Source: Candidatus Marinacidobacterales bacterium (GTDB lineage Bacteria > Acidobacteriota > Vicinamibacteria > Marinacidobacterales > DATDRI01). Taken from it: DNA of 64,000 bases. Positions within the stretch are counted from its first letter, which is position 1; the number at the start of each line of letters is the position of its first letter. The position numbers and the translations under genes were made by a program. Below are positions 10,922 to 21,308 of this stretch, one piece after another. The stretch is from the NCBI GenBank assembly GCA_965219415.1, contig CBDCNP010000001.1, forward strand, positions 160,001 through 224,000, given 5' to 3'. Below the pieces are notes generated by a model. That model saw only the letters and a program-made list of their open reading frames with translations. It made no database searches and was not told the origin of the DNA.

Positions 10922-10978
10922 TTAGTCCTCCTTCAGGCAATTACTCGCCATTGTACTGTCCCTCTGTTTGCCATCGCA

Positions 10979-11007
10979 TTGCGCGACTTCGGTCCAAAGC
11001 CTATAAT
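10979..11007 (+). promoter_or_regulatory. sigma70-like promoter
   Basis: TTGCGC-17 bp-TATAAT upstream of 11033. Confidence 0.55.
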
Positions 11008-11032
11008 CGGTGACCCTTGAGCCAATGACCCG

Positions 11033-11533
11033 ATGACAGTTGCCCTACTTACCTTGAACGTGATCTCGCTCGCCACCATCGCGGCGACGGTATTCTATGG
11101 CAACATCATTCCGCAAGGAGGCGGAGCGCTCGGGCGCCACCTGACCTTGGGGCTCATTGCCATCCTCCTCGCCTTGTTTGCCCACACCATGACGTTCTTC
11201 TACTTCATCGGTGTCAGCACTTCCATTCGAAACGCGGTCCAAGAAACCGGCGTCGGTGCGGACCAACTCCAGCAGGTCCGGCGCCTGAGGAGCCAGGTCT
11301 TTCCATGGGCGGGCGGAGCGATGTTGACGCTTATGATTGCGTTCATCCTCGGAGGCGCTGCGCACACCATGGCGCTACCGAGCTGGGTCCATGGCGGGTT
11401 TGGGTACTTTGCGTTCCTGAGCGGCCTGGTCGCGTTCATCGTGGAGGCACTCTATCTCATGCGCCAGAACCGGGTGGTGCACGACCTGGAGGGGCAGCTT
11501 CGGTCCAAGACGTCTCATCCGGAGCCGACGTAG
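11033..11533 (+). CDS. Hypothetical 4-TM membrane protein
   Basis: Four hydrophobic segments with spaced His residues. Confidence 0.7.
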   Translation: MTVALLTLNVISLATIAATVFYGNIIPQGGGALGRHLTLGLIAILLALFAHTMTFFYFIGVSTSIRNAVQETGVGADQLQQVRRLRSQVFPWAGGAMLTLMIAFILGGAAHTMALPSWVHGGFGYFAFLSGLVAFIVEALYLMRQNRVVHDLEGQLRSKTSHPEPT

Positions 11534-11783
11534 TTCACTTTCCGATGGAAGAGTAGTCCAAAAACAGGAAAGCCACCTCCGCAGCCTGCCCGCCCTGGCG
11601 ATTTGCAAGTTGGCAATTGAGCCAATTGATAACCGACTGCTATTCCCCATAGAATCGGACCGGAAACGGCCTGCGGACCTTGCGGTCGATATTGGATATC
11701 CAGGCGAACGCTGGTCGTACAACTTCGCACACTCTCACCTTCTACTGCCGCTGCTCGCTGGCTACGAACCGGAATGAGAAAGC

Positions 11784-12200
11784 ATGCCTCGCCGTAAGGA
11801 TCGCGCGGTAGCTTGGGTTGGTACCTTGGTCGTCGCCGTGCACGGCCTAGTCAACGCAGCACACGGGTCGGCTCATTTGGAACTAGGCGTCGAACTGTCG
11901 AAGTGGCAGGAAACATTCGTCCTGGTTGTCATTGGACTGAGTCCCCTAGCAGCTGCGGTGCTTCTTTGGACCTCCCATGCACGGCTAGGCGCAGTCATCC
12001 TGGGTGGCTCGATGGCGGCGGCACTCGTCTTCGGAGTCTATTATCACTACGTTGCGGTTTCGCCGGACCATGTGGAGCATTTGCCTCCGGGGGATGCACG
12101 GGGGTTGTTTCGAGCAAGCGCTCTACTTGTTGCCGCATCGCAGGCTCTGGGCACTGGCGTGGGCCTATGGGGTATCCGAAGACTTCGAGGAGCGTTATAG
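11784..12200 (+). CDS. Hypothetical His-containing membrane protein
   Basis: Four hydrophobic helices; HGLVNAAHGSAH and YYHYVAVSPDHV. Confidence 0.7.
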   Translation: MPRRKDRAVAWVGTLVVAVHGLVNAAHGSAHLELGVELSKWQETFVLVVIGLSPLAAAVLLWTSHARLGAVILGGSMAAALVFGVYYHYVAVSPDHVEHLPPGDARGLFRASALLVAASQALGTGVGLWGIRRLRGAL

Positions 12201-12315
12201 ACGCTATCGTGCTGTGGGAGATCGTTGCAGCCCGCCAACCTCGGCGGAGCAGACGGCGCCCGATGGAAGAAACGTCGACACCGCTGTTCGGCTCGACTGT
12301 AAGGCATCAATCGAC

Positions 12316-13347
12316 ATGATGGCAGCTGTCGTTCATCGCCCGGGCAAACCCGAAGTGCTTGAGCTAAGAGAAGTGCTAAGACCCAAGTCGCGATCAGGCT
12401 GGGTGCTGATAAAGGTGATGGCCTTTGGTCTGAACCGATCGGAGCTTTTCACCCGTCAGGGCCATTCAGGTTCGGCCGTAACGTTTCCCCGCATCTTGGG
12501 CATGGAGTGCGTAGGTGTAGTCGAGGCGGCGCCGGACTCTCCTCTTGAGCCGGGGCAAAAGGTTGCGGCAGTCATGGGCGGCATGGGGCGGGCTTATGAT
12601 GGGAGCTATGCCGAATACACGTTGGTCCCCGAGAAATACGTGATGCCCGTGGCGACGGCGCTCCCATGGGAAACTTTAGCAGCCATACCGGAAGCCTTTC
12701 TGACGGCCTGGGGTTCTCTCGTCACATCTTTGAATGTCAGAAAGGGAAACACGCTTTTGATTCGGAGCGGCACATCATCCGTAGGGATGGCGGCTGCGAC
12801 ACTGGCCAAGAGCCTCGGTGTAACAGTCGTCGCTACGACACGGAGTGCAGCAAAGAAGCAAGCGCTGATCGCGAACGGTGCCGATCATGTCCTGATAGAT
12901 GGGAGTATCTCAGACGCTGTCCGCGAGCTCTTCCCAAATGGTGTCACTCATGTTCTGGAATTGATTGGCCCCGCGACTCTTCTCGACTCCCTGAAAGCTG
13001 CGGCGCGACAAGGAGTTGTCTGCAACACCGGAATCCTGGGAAATGCTTGGGTGCTAAAGGAGTTCGAGCCGATGGCGGCGATCCCCTCCAGCGTTCACTT
13101 GACCACGTTCCTCAGCGAGACGGTGGACGCCTCGACTTCGACCTCGCAGCTGCAAAGGGTTCTGGATGCAGCGTCGGATGGGCACTACCCCATAAACCCG
13201 AATAGAGTATTTCGCCTGGACGAGATCGTCGAGGCCCATCGCTACATGGAAGCGAACCAAGCGACCGGCAAAATTGTAGTTAGAGTCTCCGGGTCGTCTT
13301 CGGAGATTGCAGCGAATCGCGAGGACAAGGTGAGATCGGAAGCATGA
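12316..13347 (+). CDS. MDR-family NADPH:quinone oxidoreductase / zinc-binding dehydrogenase-like
   Basis: KVMAFGLNRSELFTRQG, ILGMECVG, GSYAEY, AHRYMEANQATGKIV. Confidence 0.9.
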   Translation: MMAAVVHRPGKPEVLELREVLRPKSRSGWVLIKVMAFGLNRSELFTRQGHSGSAVTFPRILGMECVGVVEAAPDSPLEPGQKVAAVMGGMGRAYDGSYAEYTLVPEKYVMPVATALPWETLAAIPEAFLTAWGSLVTSLNVRKGNTLLIRSGTSSVGMAAATLAKSLGVTVVATTRSAAKKQALIANGADHVLIDGSISDAVRELFPNGVTHVLELIGPATLLDSLKAAARQGVVCNTGILGNAWVLKEFEPMAAIPSSVHLTTFLSETVDASTSTSQLQRVLDAASDGHYPINPNRVFRLDEIVEAHRYMEANQATGKIVVRVSGSSSEIAANREDKVRSEA

Positions 13348-13789
13348 CACTGCAAGATGTCCGCAAGACCTCAGCCGACAAGCTGGCAGGAAGTATCAGA
13401 CTGCTGTTGGGCGTGCTCTTTCTGATGACGGGAGTCATGAAGCTGGTCGTTCCCATGCTCGCGGAGGCGTGGTCTGGGCAACTCCTGGCTGCCGGGCCCC
13501 GTTGTATTCCCTGACGAGGTGGAGTGTACCCTTCCTTGAAATATTCCTGGGTATGGTGCTCTTGTGGGGGGCGTTTGCGAGAGTTGCCGTCCTGGTGGTC
13601 ATCGGCATCATGCTCGTCGCCACGTACGTACACGTGGTAGTCGATGATCCCTTGCTGTTTCCGCTCCAGCCGAACGAGCCCGTTATCCCGATCGTCGTCA
13701 TGGCGGCGAGCGGGTACATCCTTTGGCGGGGGGCAGGAACGTGGAGTCTGGACTTGGCCGCCACACGGCGCGCTCCAGCGGAGGGTTGA
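13344..13789 (+). CDS. DoxX-family membrane protein, frameshifted near 13497
   Basis: ATGA overlap with the upstream gene; IRLLLGVLFLMTGVMKL then LWRGAGTWSLD. Confidence 0.75.
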
Positions 13790-13833
13790 GTCTTCTTATT
13801 TGACGAACATAAGATGATTGCGAGGCAGCGTCG

Positions 13834-15054
13834 ATGACGACAGAAAATCCTCCTTCGCGAAAGAAGACGGCGTGGGCCCGCGCCAAAGATCTCGCTGCGC
13901 GAACTCCCGAAACGCGAAACAGGTACGCCGATTTCCTTCGAGCCGCCTCCATCACCGTCGTCGTCATCGGTCACTGGTTGATCGCTGCCGCGCACGTAGA
14001 AAACGGCCAACTCAAGTTGGGCGACATGTTGCGGTTGGCACCCTGGACGCAGTGGCTCACTTGGCTTTTTCAGGTCATGCCCATCTTCTTCATCGTTGGA
14101 GGCTATTCGAACGGAGCGTCTTGGGCGGCCGCCCGCCGGTCAGGCAAGGACTACGGACTCTGGCTGGGCACGAGGCTAAAGAGACTCATTGGCCCAGTGG
14201 TTCCTCTCCTCATCGTGTGGTCGGTAATTGCGATGATCGCACATCGGTTCGGTGTCCATCCGCAGATGATCAAGACTGGCTCTCAAGCAGCGCTCATCCC
14301 CACCTGGTTTCTCGCGGTCTACATCATGGTCGTGATCACCGCGCCCGCCACCCATTGGGCGTGGCGCCGCTTCGGGATGGCCTCGTTTTGGGGGCTCGTG
14401 CTAGGCGCGGTGGTGGTGGACACGGTGGCCTTCAAGACCGACTTTCCTGCCATTCGTTGGGCCAACTACGTGTTCGTGTGGCTTGCGGTGCATCATCTGG
14501 GCTACGCGTGGCGAGACGGAAAGATCGCCGGCGCCGCCAGAGCACTGCCATGGGCCGTCGGAGGACTGGGAGTCTTGATTTACCTCGTGACCATGGCCTC
14601 CTATCCGATCAGCATGATCACAGTACCCGGCCAAGAAGTATCGAACAGCAGGCCGCCCGCACTGGCGCTTCTTGCTTTGGGGGCATTCCAGGGAGGGCTG
14701 GTGCTGGCATTCGAAGCGCCGGCTCGTCGATGGCTGGCAAACCTCCGGCCTTGGGCGGCGACGGTTCTTGTGAACGGCACGATTATGACTCTCTACCTAT
14801 GGCATCTCACCGTCATGGTGGCTGGTCAGAGGAGAGGAGTCGCGGCTTCCATTCCGACCTGGCGAGCGATATCTGGCGCGTTGGGCATGTGCATCGGGCT
14901 CGCGCTTCTCGCTCTGAATGGGATCGGAGACCAGGGACTGCTGGGAATTCGGATCGGAACTGTAGCCATGGCGATCGCTGGCGCAGCACTGGTTCTAGGT
15001 TTGCCCCAGCGTCAGAGGTCATCGGGTCCTAGCGACCCACGTGAAGCCAACTGA
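13834..15054 (+). CDS. Acyltransferase-3 family membrane protein
   Basis: RNRYADFLRA..VVIGHW, QVMPIFFIVGG, WFLAVY, MTLYLWH. Confidence 0.9.
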   Translation: MTTENPPSRKKTAWARAKDLAARTPETRNRYADFLRAASITVVVIGHWLIAAAHVENGQLKLGDMLRLAPWTQWLTWLFQVMPIFFIVGGYSNGASWAAARRSGKDYGLWLGTRLKRLIGPVVPLLIVWSVIAMIAHRFGVHPQMIKTGSQAALIPTWFLAVYIMVVITAPATHWAWRRFGMASFWGLVLGAVVVDTVAFKTDFPAIRWANYVFVWLAVHHLGYAWRDGKIAGAARALPWAVGGLGVLIYLVTMASYPISMITVPGQEVSNSRPPALALLALGAFQGGLVLAFEAPARRWLANLRPWAATVLVNGTIMTLYLWHLTVMVAGQRRGVAASIPTWRAISGALGMCIGLALLALNGIGDQGLLGIRIGTVAMAIAGAALVLGLPQRQRSSGPSDPREAN

Positions 15055-15081
15055 CGCTATGAACTGGCGGGCGTCCCCGAC

Positions 15082-15294
15082 ATGGGCCACTACTTGCGCA
15101 GCATATGGAATCCCGATAAAGACGCCGACGACATCCTCGAGGAAACGTCAGACATATTAGGCTGGGACACCCGACTCTCCGAGGTAGGATACTCTCACGA
15201 CGATGACGGAATATTCGGCAAATACACAGACTACCTCGCGCACAGAGTCGATTTGACGTTGTTTACCGAGCTTCACTTTGCGCTGCCGAACTAG
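15082..15294 (+). CDS. Short hypothetical ORF or gene fragment
   Basis: 70 aa acidic ORF filling the gap; no recognised motif. Confidence 0.3.
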   Translation: MGHYLRSIWNPDKDADDILEETSDILGWDTRLSEVGYSHDDDGIFGKYTDYLAHRVDLTLFTELHFALPN

Positions 15295-15295
15295 C

Positions 15296-17497
15296 ATGAT
15301 CAAAAGAACGCGCCTCCTCCTACTGCCGCTGGTGTCGTTGCTTGTCTCGTCGAGCATTAGCCCCGCTGTCCTGCCCGAGGCCGCCTCGCGAGAGGCTATC
15401 TACGATGTGTACTTCCGCGGTGTCCAGACCGTCGAGCTGACCGTGGGTCCTGTCGAAGATGAATCTACGGCTTTCACCATTCGGCGCAAGAATTGGCGTA
15501 CCAACCAATGGGGTACTTCGACTTCGGCAACCGGTGACAAAGCTGCGGACGACGAGAGGTTCGAGCTTCCCGGAGCTCTCGAGAAACTCCCCGCTCATAT
15601 AACTGAGATCGGGCTCATCGATTGGAACGCTCACCGGGTTGTGGCTTGGCCCGATAGCACATCACTCTACGTGCGAAACCGAGTTATCGAATCCAAGATC
15701 GATGGCCAGTCCGCAAAGGCGACGCATTGGGCACTACAGGACGCAACCTTGCCCATGGACCTCGTGATCGGAACGGACAATCAGTTTCTCGCAGCGATCG
15801 ACGTGACGAGGGACGTGGTGCTAGTCCGCCGTGGATTCGAGTCGTTCACGATCGTAGGCGATTGGAACGCTCCATCCGTATCACCTTCTCGCTACGCGGT
15901 TCGGGAGCTGAATGGCGTTGCCATGCACGCAAGGGACGGCGTGAAACTCTCCACCCTCGTGTACTTGCCGGAAGGGGAAGGCGCGAATGGCCCTTTCCCC
16001 GCCATCTTCGTTCGGACGCCATACGGCATAACGGATCTCATCGATCGATACTGGCCGTACGTCGCGCGGGGGTACGCGGTCGTGCTACAAGCCACACGTG
16101 GACGAGCCTACTGGGATCCTACGAATCGGTCTGAGGGTGATTGGACCCCTATGATCGACGAACCTTCTGATGGAGCCGATGCTTTGGCTTGGATTGCTAA
16201 ACAACCCTGGTCGGACGGACAAATATGCATGGAAGGCGACTCCTACGTGGGGTACACGCAGTGGACCGCGACGATGGCAGGGAACCCCGCGCTCAAGTGC
16301 ATCATCCCCGAAAGCTCGATGGGCACAGCGTTCAGCGACCAACCCTATCGCGGCGGCGGCATGCTCGAAGGCATGGCCTTACTACGTCTTTTGGATGCTC
16401 AACAAGCCGATCCTGCCAGGTCGCAACTGGACGGACATTGTCCATCATCGTCCACTCGTAGACATCGACGAGTTCGCAACCGGGGAGGATATTCCGGAGT
16501 GGAATACCTTCTTCGAGCACTCGGTTAACGACTCTTACTGGCAAAAGCAAAACTGGTACCGCTCGACCGAACCCCGGGAGTTCGGGACACTGCAGATCAG
16601 CGGCTGGTTCGACGACGACGTGACGGGCACGCAAAGCAACTGGGAACTGATGAGGCGTCGCGGGACGCGACCGCAGCGGCTCATTCTCGGCCCCTGGAGG
16701 CACGGCTATAACCAGGATCGGAAGCTCAATGGTTTCGCTTTCGGAGCCAACGCAGTGCGGGACGACATCTGGCTTACTAAACAGCGTTGGTACGATCACT
16801 TTCTACGCGGCGCCGACAATGGGGTCGAACGGCCCCAAGTCGAGTACTTCGTCCTTGGATCGAATGAATGGCGACGGGCATCCACCTGGCCGCCCGCGGA
16901 GGCGAAGCCCGAGGCATGGTACTTCCACAGCGACGGGCAGGCGAACCGCTTGACGAACCGGGGCATCTTGAATCGAGCCGCGCCCAACGGCGCTGAACCT
17001 TCCGACGAGTATCGTTACGATCCTGCCCATCCTCCCACGAACTGGATGAGCTTCGACCTCCTGAAATCTTGGGGTGACTATCAGCGTTATCCGTACGACT
17101 TTAAAGACATCGAGGGTCGGCCGGACGTGGTGACGTTTACATCCGCTCCTACAGTTCCATCCGCCTGACGACCGGGATGTTGCGCGCATGTTTCCGAGGC
17201 CTCGACGACCCGCTTCATCAAGCTTTCGCAGCGAATTTCGAGCGTGAGGAACTTCTCAGCGAGGAGCTCGAGGATGTCGTTCGGTACCGCTTCAGCATCC
17301 CGGCAATCGCCAACATGTTCAAGAAGGGGCACCGCATCCGGGTTGCGGTCTTGAACGCTCTCGACAACTACTACTTCCCCAACTCCAACACCGGGGGGGA
17401 CGAAGGCACGGCCACGCGGACGGTGATCGGCACCATGCGGATACACCGTAGCGCGGACTATCCAAGCCATGTGTCGCTGCCCGTTCTGCCACATTGA
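15296..17497 (+). pseudogene. CocE/NonD (peptidase S15) hydrolase, frameshifted (~16378) with an internal deletion (~17150)
   Basis: RDGVKLST, VRTPYG, GDSYVG nucleophile, GWFDD, GPWRHG, C-terminal FKKGHRIRV...YPSHVSLP spread over three frames. Confidence 0.85.
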
Positions 17498-17544
17498 GGG
17501 TAGGCGTGCTGGAGAACCACCTGTTTATCTGAAACGGAGCAACT

Positions 17545-17642
17545 ATGGCCGACGTTTTTCATGACTTTCCCAATCAAAGCCTCACCAGAAAAAGTCTTTC
17601 AGGCGGTGACGAGCCCCCCCGGATCGATCAATGGTGGACAAC
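17545..17642 (+). pseudogene. N-terminal remnant of an SRPBCC/AHSA1-like gene
   Basis: RBS GGAG + ATG; reads MADVFHDFP-IKASPEKVFQAVTSPPG-DQWWT across frameshifts, then stops abruptly. Confidence 0.6.
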
Positions 17643-18104
17643 GTGAGTAGCGAAACCGGCGATATCGTCGCATCTATCGAAAAGACACGCGCTTCTGTAC
17701 TGGAATCCGTTGCCGATCTGACCGAAGCCCAGGGTGCATTCAAAGCCTCAGAGAACGAGTGGTCGATCGCCGAAGTGATGGAGCATCTCTACCTCGCGGA
17801 GCTAGCCGGCATCACCAAGGTTTGGTCCGCACTCGAGGACGTACAGGCAGGTATACCTTGGACCAAGGAGCTCCCGAATCAGGGCAAGACGATCGACGAA
17901 GTGGTCGCCGAGACTTGGAAGCCGAAAGAGGTCGCACCACAGGTAGCGACCCCCTTCATGGGTGGGCCGCTCCGGTCCTGGTGCTCTGCCTTTGACTCGC
18001 TTACACGAATTCTGGCAGACCTCGTCGCCGAGCTCGAAGGGGAAACGCTCGATGAAATCGTCTTTCCGCATGTTCTTTCAGGTCCGTTTTCCACGTCGCA
18101 ATGA
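17643..18104 (+). pseudogene. DinB-family protein, apparently C-terminally truncated
   Basis: WSIAEVMEHLYLAE, FPHVLSGP; the last helix carrying the HxxxH metal ligands is missing. Confidence 0.7.
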
Positions 18105-18239
18105 CCCCAGAGGAACTAGGGAAGGCAGGACTGGAGGATCTTGGCAAAAAGTGGGCGTAGGCTCGGATAGCGGCCGGCAGGAAGAATCGCACCGCCCCGA
18201 TTTTTTGGGCCGCCTGGCAGCAAGGGGGAGGTTTGTCCA

Positions 18240-18758
18240 TTGAGCTACTTCATGGTCGACATCGAAGCCGATGGGCCTATTCCGGGTGACTATTCGATGG
18301 TTTGCTTCGGGGCGGTCATCGTGGAACCGGGGCTGGAACGAACGTTCTACGGCCGGCTCAAGCCCGCGACCGATTTGTGGATTCCCGAGGCGCTCAAGGT
18401 AAGCGGTTTTACCCGCGAAGAAACGCTGTCATTCGATGACCCGAAGGCGGTGATGCGTGAGTTCGGGGATTGGGTGAAAAAGGAGACCAAGGGACGCTCG
18501 ATGTTCGTCTCGGACAACAACGGCTTCGACTGGCAGTTCATCAATTGGTACTTCCATCACTTCCTTGGAGAGAATCCCTTTGGACACAGCTCAACCAACT
18601 TGGGCTCGTTATACAAGGGATGCGAGCGGGACATGTTCAAGAACTTCAAACATCTCCGGCAGACCGAGCACACGCACGATCCCCTGGACGATGCGAAGGG
18701 GAACGCCGAAGCCCTGCTCTCGATCAAAGAACAATACGGATTGCGGATCAGCCTATAG
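18240..18758 (+). CDS. DEDDh 3'-5' exoribonuclease (Rv2179c/RNase AS-like)
   Basis: VDIEADGP, NGFDWQF, HTHDPLDDAKGNA. Confidence 0.88.
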   Translation: MSYFMVDIEADGPIPGDYSMVCFGAVIVEPGLERTFYGRLKPATDLWIPEALKVSGFTREETLSFDDPKAVMREFGDWVKKETKGRSMFVSDNNGFDWQFINWYFHHFLGENPFGHSSTNLGSLYKGCERDMFKNFKHLRQTEHTHDPLDDAKGNAEALLSIKEQYGLRISL

Positions 18759-20049
18759 GCCCGATGGAGAAGAAGGCGGGTCGAGGAGTCCTGGCTCGGC
18801 GATGACCCTTTCGATGTCCTCTGCCTCCATCGGAAGAATCTTCGACAGTACCTCATGCCCGCCCGGCGTAACGAGGATCATGTCCTCGAGGGTGACGCGG
18901 AAGTTATTGAGATCGGGCAAAGGGGTCGCCCCGTCCCGTGACGGGCAATATAGTCTTCGGCTCCTCGAACTAAGTAGTCCTCTTTGAGATCCGGTAGCTG
19001 CTTCTTCATCGCTTCGACCGAAGCCATCGCGATGTCCTTCTGCGTGACGCCAGGCTTGATGGCCGCGAGAGCCGCGCGGTAAGCGACCAGATATATATCG
19101 TAGAGAGCGCGCTGCTGCGCGGTGAATTTACCTGAGACCGGCGCGGTGCGTGCGACGTCGGTCTTGAAATAGTCATACTCGCACGAGAGATCCACCAGCA
19201 TCAGCTCACCGGCTTGCATGACTCGATCCAGCTTGTTGTAGTGGTTGAACATCTCTATGAAGCTCTTGACGAAGTTAGGACCCGACTGGAGGTCTTCCGA
19301 GTACGCCAGCCGTTGCGCGCCCTCTTGCCGGCAAGCGAATCGCGAAACCCCCGCGAGCTGGCTTTCGCGGATGCCGGGCCGAACCGAGCGGAGTGTCTCC
19401 AAGAGCGCCAGGCTCAAGATCTCGACCGATCGGCGAATGGTCTCGATCTCGTCAGCGTCTTTAACTGCCCTCAATTCGGTGAGTATGGGGTCCAGGTTCT
19501 CGAACTCCATCCAATCGAAGCGGAAAGACTGGTCTTCAGGTCTTGCTGGCGATCGGTCGGTTCGTCCAGCCCCTCGGGGAAGATTCTTTTCGATCCAAAT
19601 GGGATCTCTCCAGGTTTACGCCCTAGCAAGAGAAAGATCGCGGGACGACGCTCGGCCAAAGCGTCTAAGTCCCCGAGCAGCGAAGTCATCGGAGCAACTC
19701 GCTCGAGGCCTGCCGAAGCAGGCACGGATGACTTCTTCTTGGCCTCGTCCCGTAGATAGAGCGTGGTCTTTCGCGTCTTGCCGTCGACAAGGAGAACCGC
19801 GCTCTTCACGCCGAGACCGGTGAGGTAGTAGAAGTGGACTTCCTGCTTGAACTCCTGTGGAAAGTAGGTGGGGTCGTAGCGATGGGCCTGCCAGGAGGTG
19901 CCGAAGTCCGGCTCCGCCAGCAGCAGCGCGACGCCCCCGTCGAGCTTGTCGTAAAGCGCGGCGCGGCGCCTGGTTGGTTGGGCGTCGGCCAGAGCCGCAG
20001 AGGTTAGAACGACAAGGACAACGATGGAACAGACTTTTTGGGATAGCAT
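18753..20049 (-). pseudogene. Secreted Xaa-Pro aminopeptidase (M24B), frameshifted with a deletion near 18915
   Basis: RBS AGGAGG, signal peptide, FYYLTG, LRAVKDADEI, VDLSCEYDYFKTDVART, EDMILVTPGGHEVLS. Confidence 0.85.
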
Positions 20050-20059
20050 GTTTTCCTCC

Positions 20060-21181
20060 TTAGCCGTCGACCTCGACTTCCATGGATTGGAGCTCACGCA
20101 AAATCGTCTCCACCTTCTCGGCGGGCAGGCTGTGTCGCTCTGCCACTTCCTCGATCTGTTGCATCTTGATGCGGCGAGGAGAAAGGGGCACCGTCGGCTC
20201 GAAGTCCTTGTCTCGGATCTGGAGTGAGACCACATCCCACCGACTGTAATGTCCCATGCAATCGAAGACGTTCTTGGCCACGATGCGATCGGCAAGATCC
20301 AAGTCGGCGACCACCAGCTCCTCGCGATTGAAAACCGGCTCCGCTGCGTAGGCGCCGAACGGGTTCACGATCGCGCTGCCACCCATAGCCCACTTCCAGC
20401 TCGCGGTCTTCTTATAGGGGAAGTCGTCCGGCACCGAGTCCTCCGGCAGGTAGAGGCTGGCACTGACCACGAAGGTCTGAGTCTCGAAGGCGTATTCCCG
20501 TATCGCGCAGTCCTGATCGGAAGCGTGGAGCGGTCCCTCGGAGCCCGTCATGTCCCGCACCGAATTTCCCTTTCCGCCATAGCTCCACCAGCCCGGCCAA
20601 ACCGCGGCGTGTACCTCCTCCCCCTTGATGGCCATCGCAGCCTTCAAGAGAGTCATGTGGTTCTCGAAACAAATAAGCCCGCCTAGTCGACCAAAGCTGG
20701 TATCGAAGACTCGCAGGTCGGATGCGTCACCCCGCCCCCAAAAAAAGCGCTCTTGATGTGTGGGCATGAGCTTGCGATGGCGGCCTAGAATCTCGCCATC
20801 GGAGCCGATGAATAGAAGCGTGTTGTACAAAGTCGCCGAGCCCGCACGGTCATCCTGTTCGTTGAGGCCGATGACCGCGACCACCCCGGCGCTCGCCGCC
20901 GCCCGACACAGAACGTCGGTCTCTGGACTGGGTATGCGGACCGACTGCTCGTAGAAGTCGACCACCGTATCTTTCCAAAGCACCGCCGAGTCGGGTGACG
21001 TGTAGCCGAAGTTGTTTCGCCAATACGGGTAGGTCGGGATCCCGGTCTCGGGCGTCACCAGAAGTTTCACGCCCTGTCGTCCCGCCTCAACGATGGTCTC
21101 TGCGTACTTCTCCACAGACTCCCGTTTCTTCATGAAGACGGGCGAGATTTGTGCTGCTGCAACGCGAAGAGGTCTTTTCAT
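20060..21181 (-). CDS. Nitrilase (carbon-nitrogen hydrolase)
   Basis: E-K-C triad: TPETGIPTYP, HRKLMPTHQER, LICFENH; FDCMGHYSR. Confidence 0.93.
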   Translation of the reverse strand: MKRPLRVAAAQISPVFMKKRESVEKYAETIVEAGRQGVKLLVTPETGIPTYPYWRNNFGYTSPDSAVLWKDTVVDFYEQSVRIPSPETDVLCRAAASAGVVAVIGLNEQDDRAGSATLYNTLLFIGSDGEILGRHRKLMPTHQERFFWGRGDASDLRVFDTSFGRLGGLICFENHMTLLKAAMAIKGEEVHAAVWPGWWSYGGKGNSVRDMTGSEGPLHASDQDCAIREYAFETQTFVVSASLYLPEDSVPDDFPYKKTASWKWAMGGSAIVNPFGAYAAEPVFNREELVVADLDLADRIVAKNVFDCMGHYSRWDVVSLQIRDKDFEPTVPLSPRRIKMQQIEEVAERHSLPAEKVETILRELQSMEVEVDG

Positions 21182-21308
21182 GATTTAGTCCCGCGAGGCT
21201 CCTCGCCTCGCGGGCGCCCTCGCTCTTCCATCAATGGCGCGGGGCCCCACCCCCACGCCTCATGCTCCGTCGCTCCGCGACTGCGCACGGGCTCAAGGCT
21301 GCGCTCGC

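Noticed and set aside
15052-15294. Acyltransferase TGA in frame with the next short ORF (possible read-through)
   Set aside because: The acyltransferase is already complete, there is no SECIS-like hairpin at the right distance, and an in-frame neighbour has a 1-in-3 chance.
17166-17168. TGA in the CocE gene as recoding
   Set aside because: The downstream part is in a different frame; a deletion/frameshift explains it.
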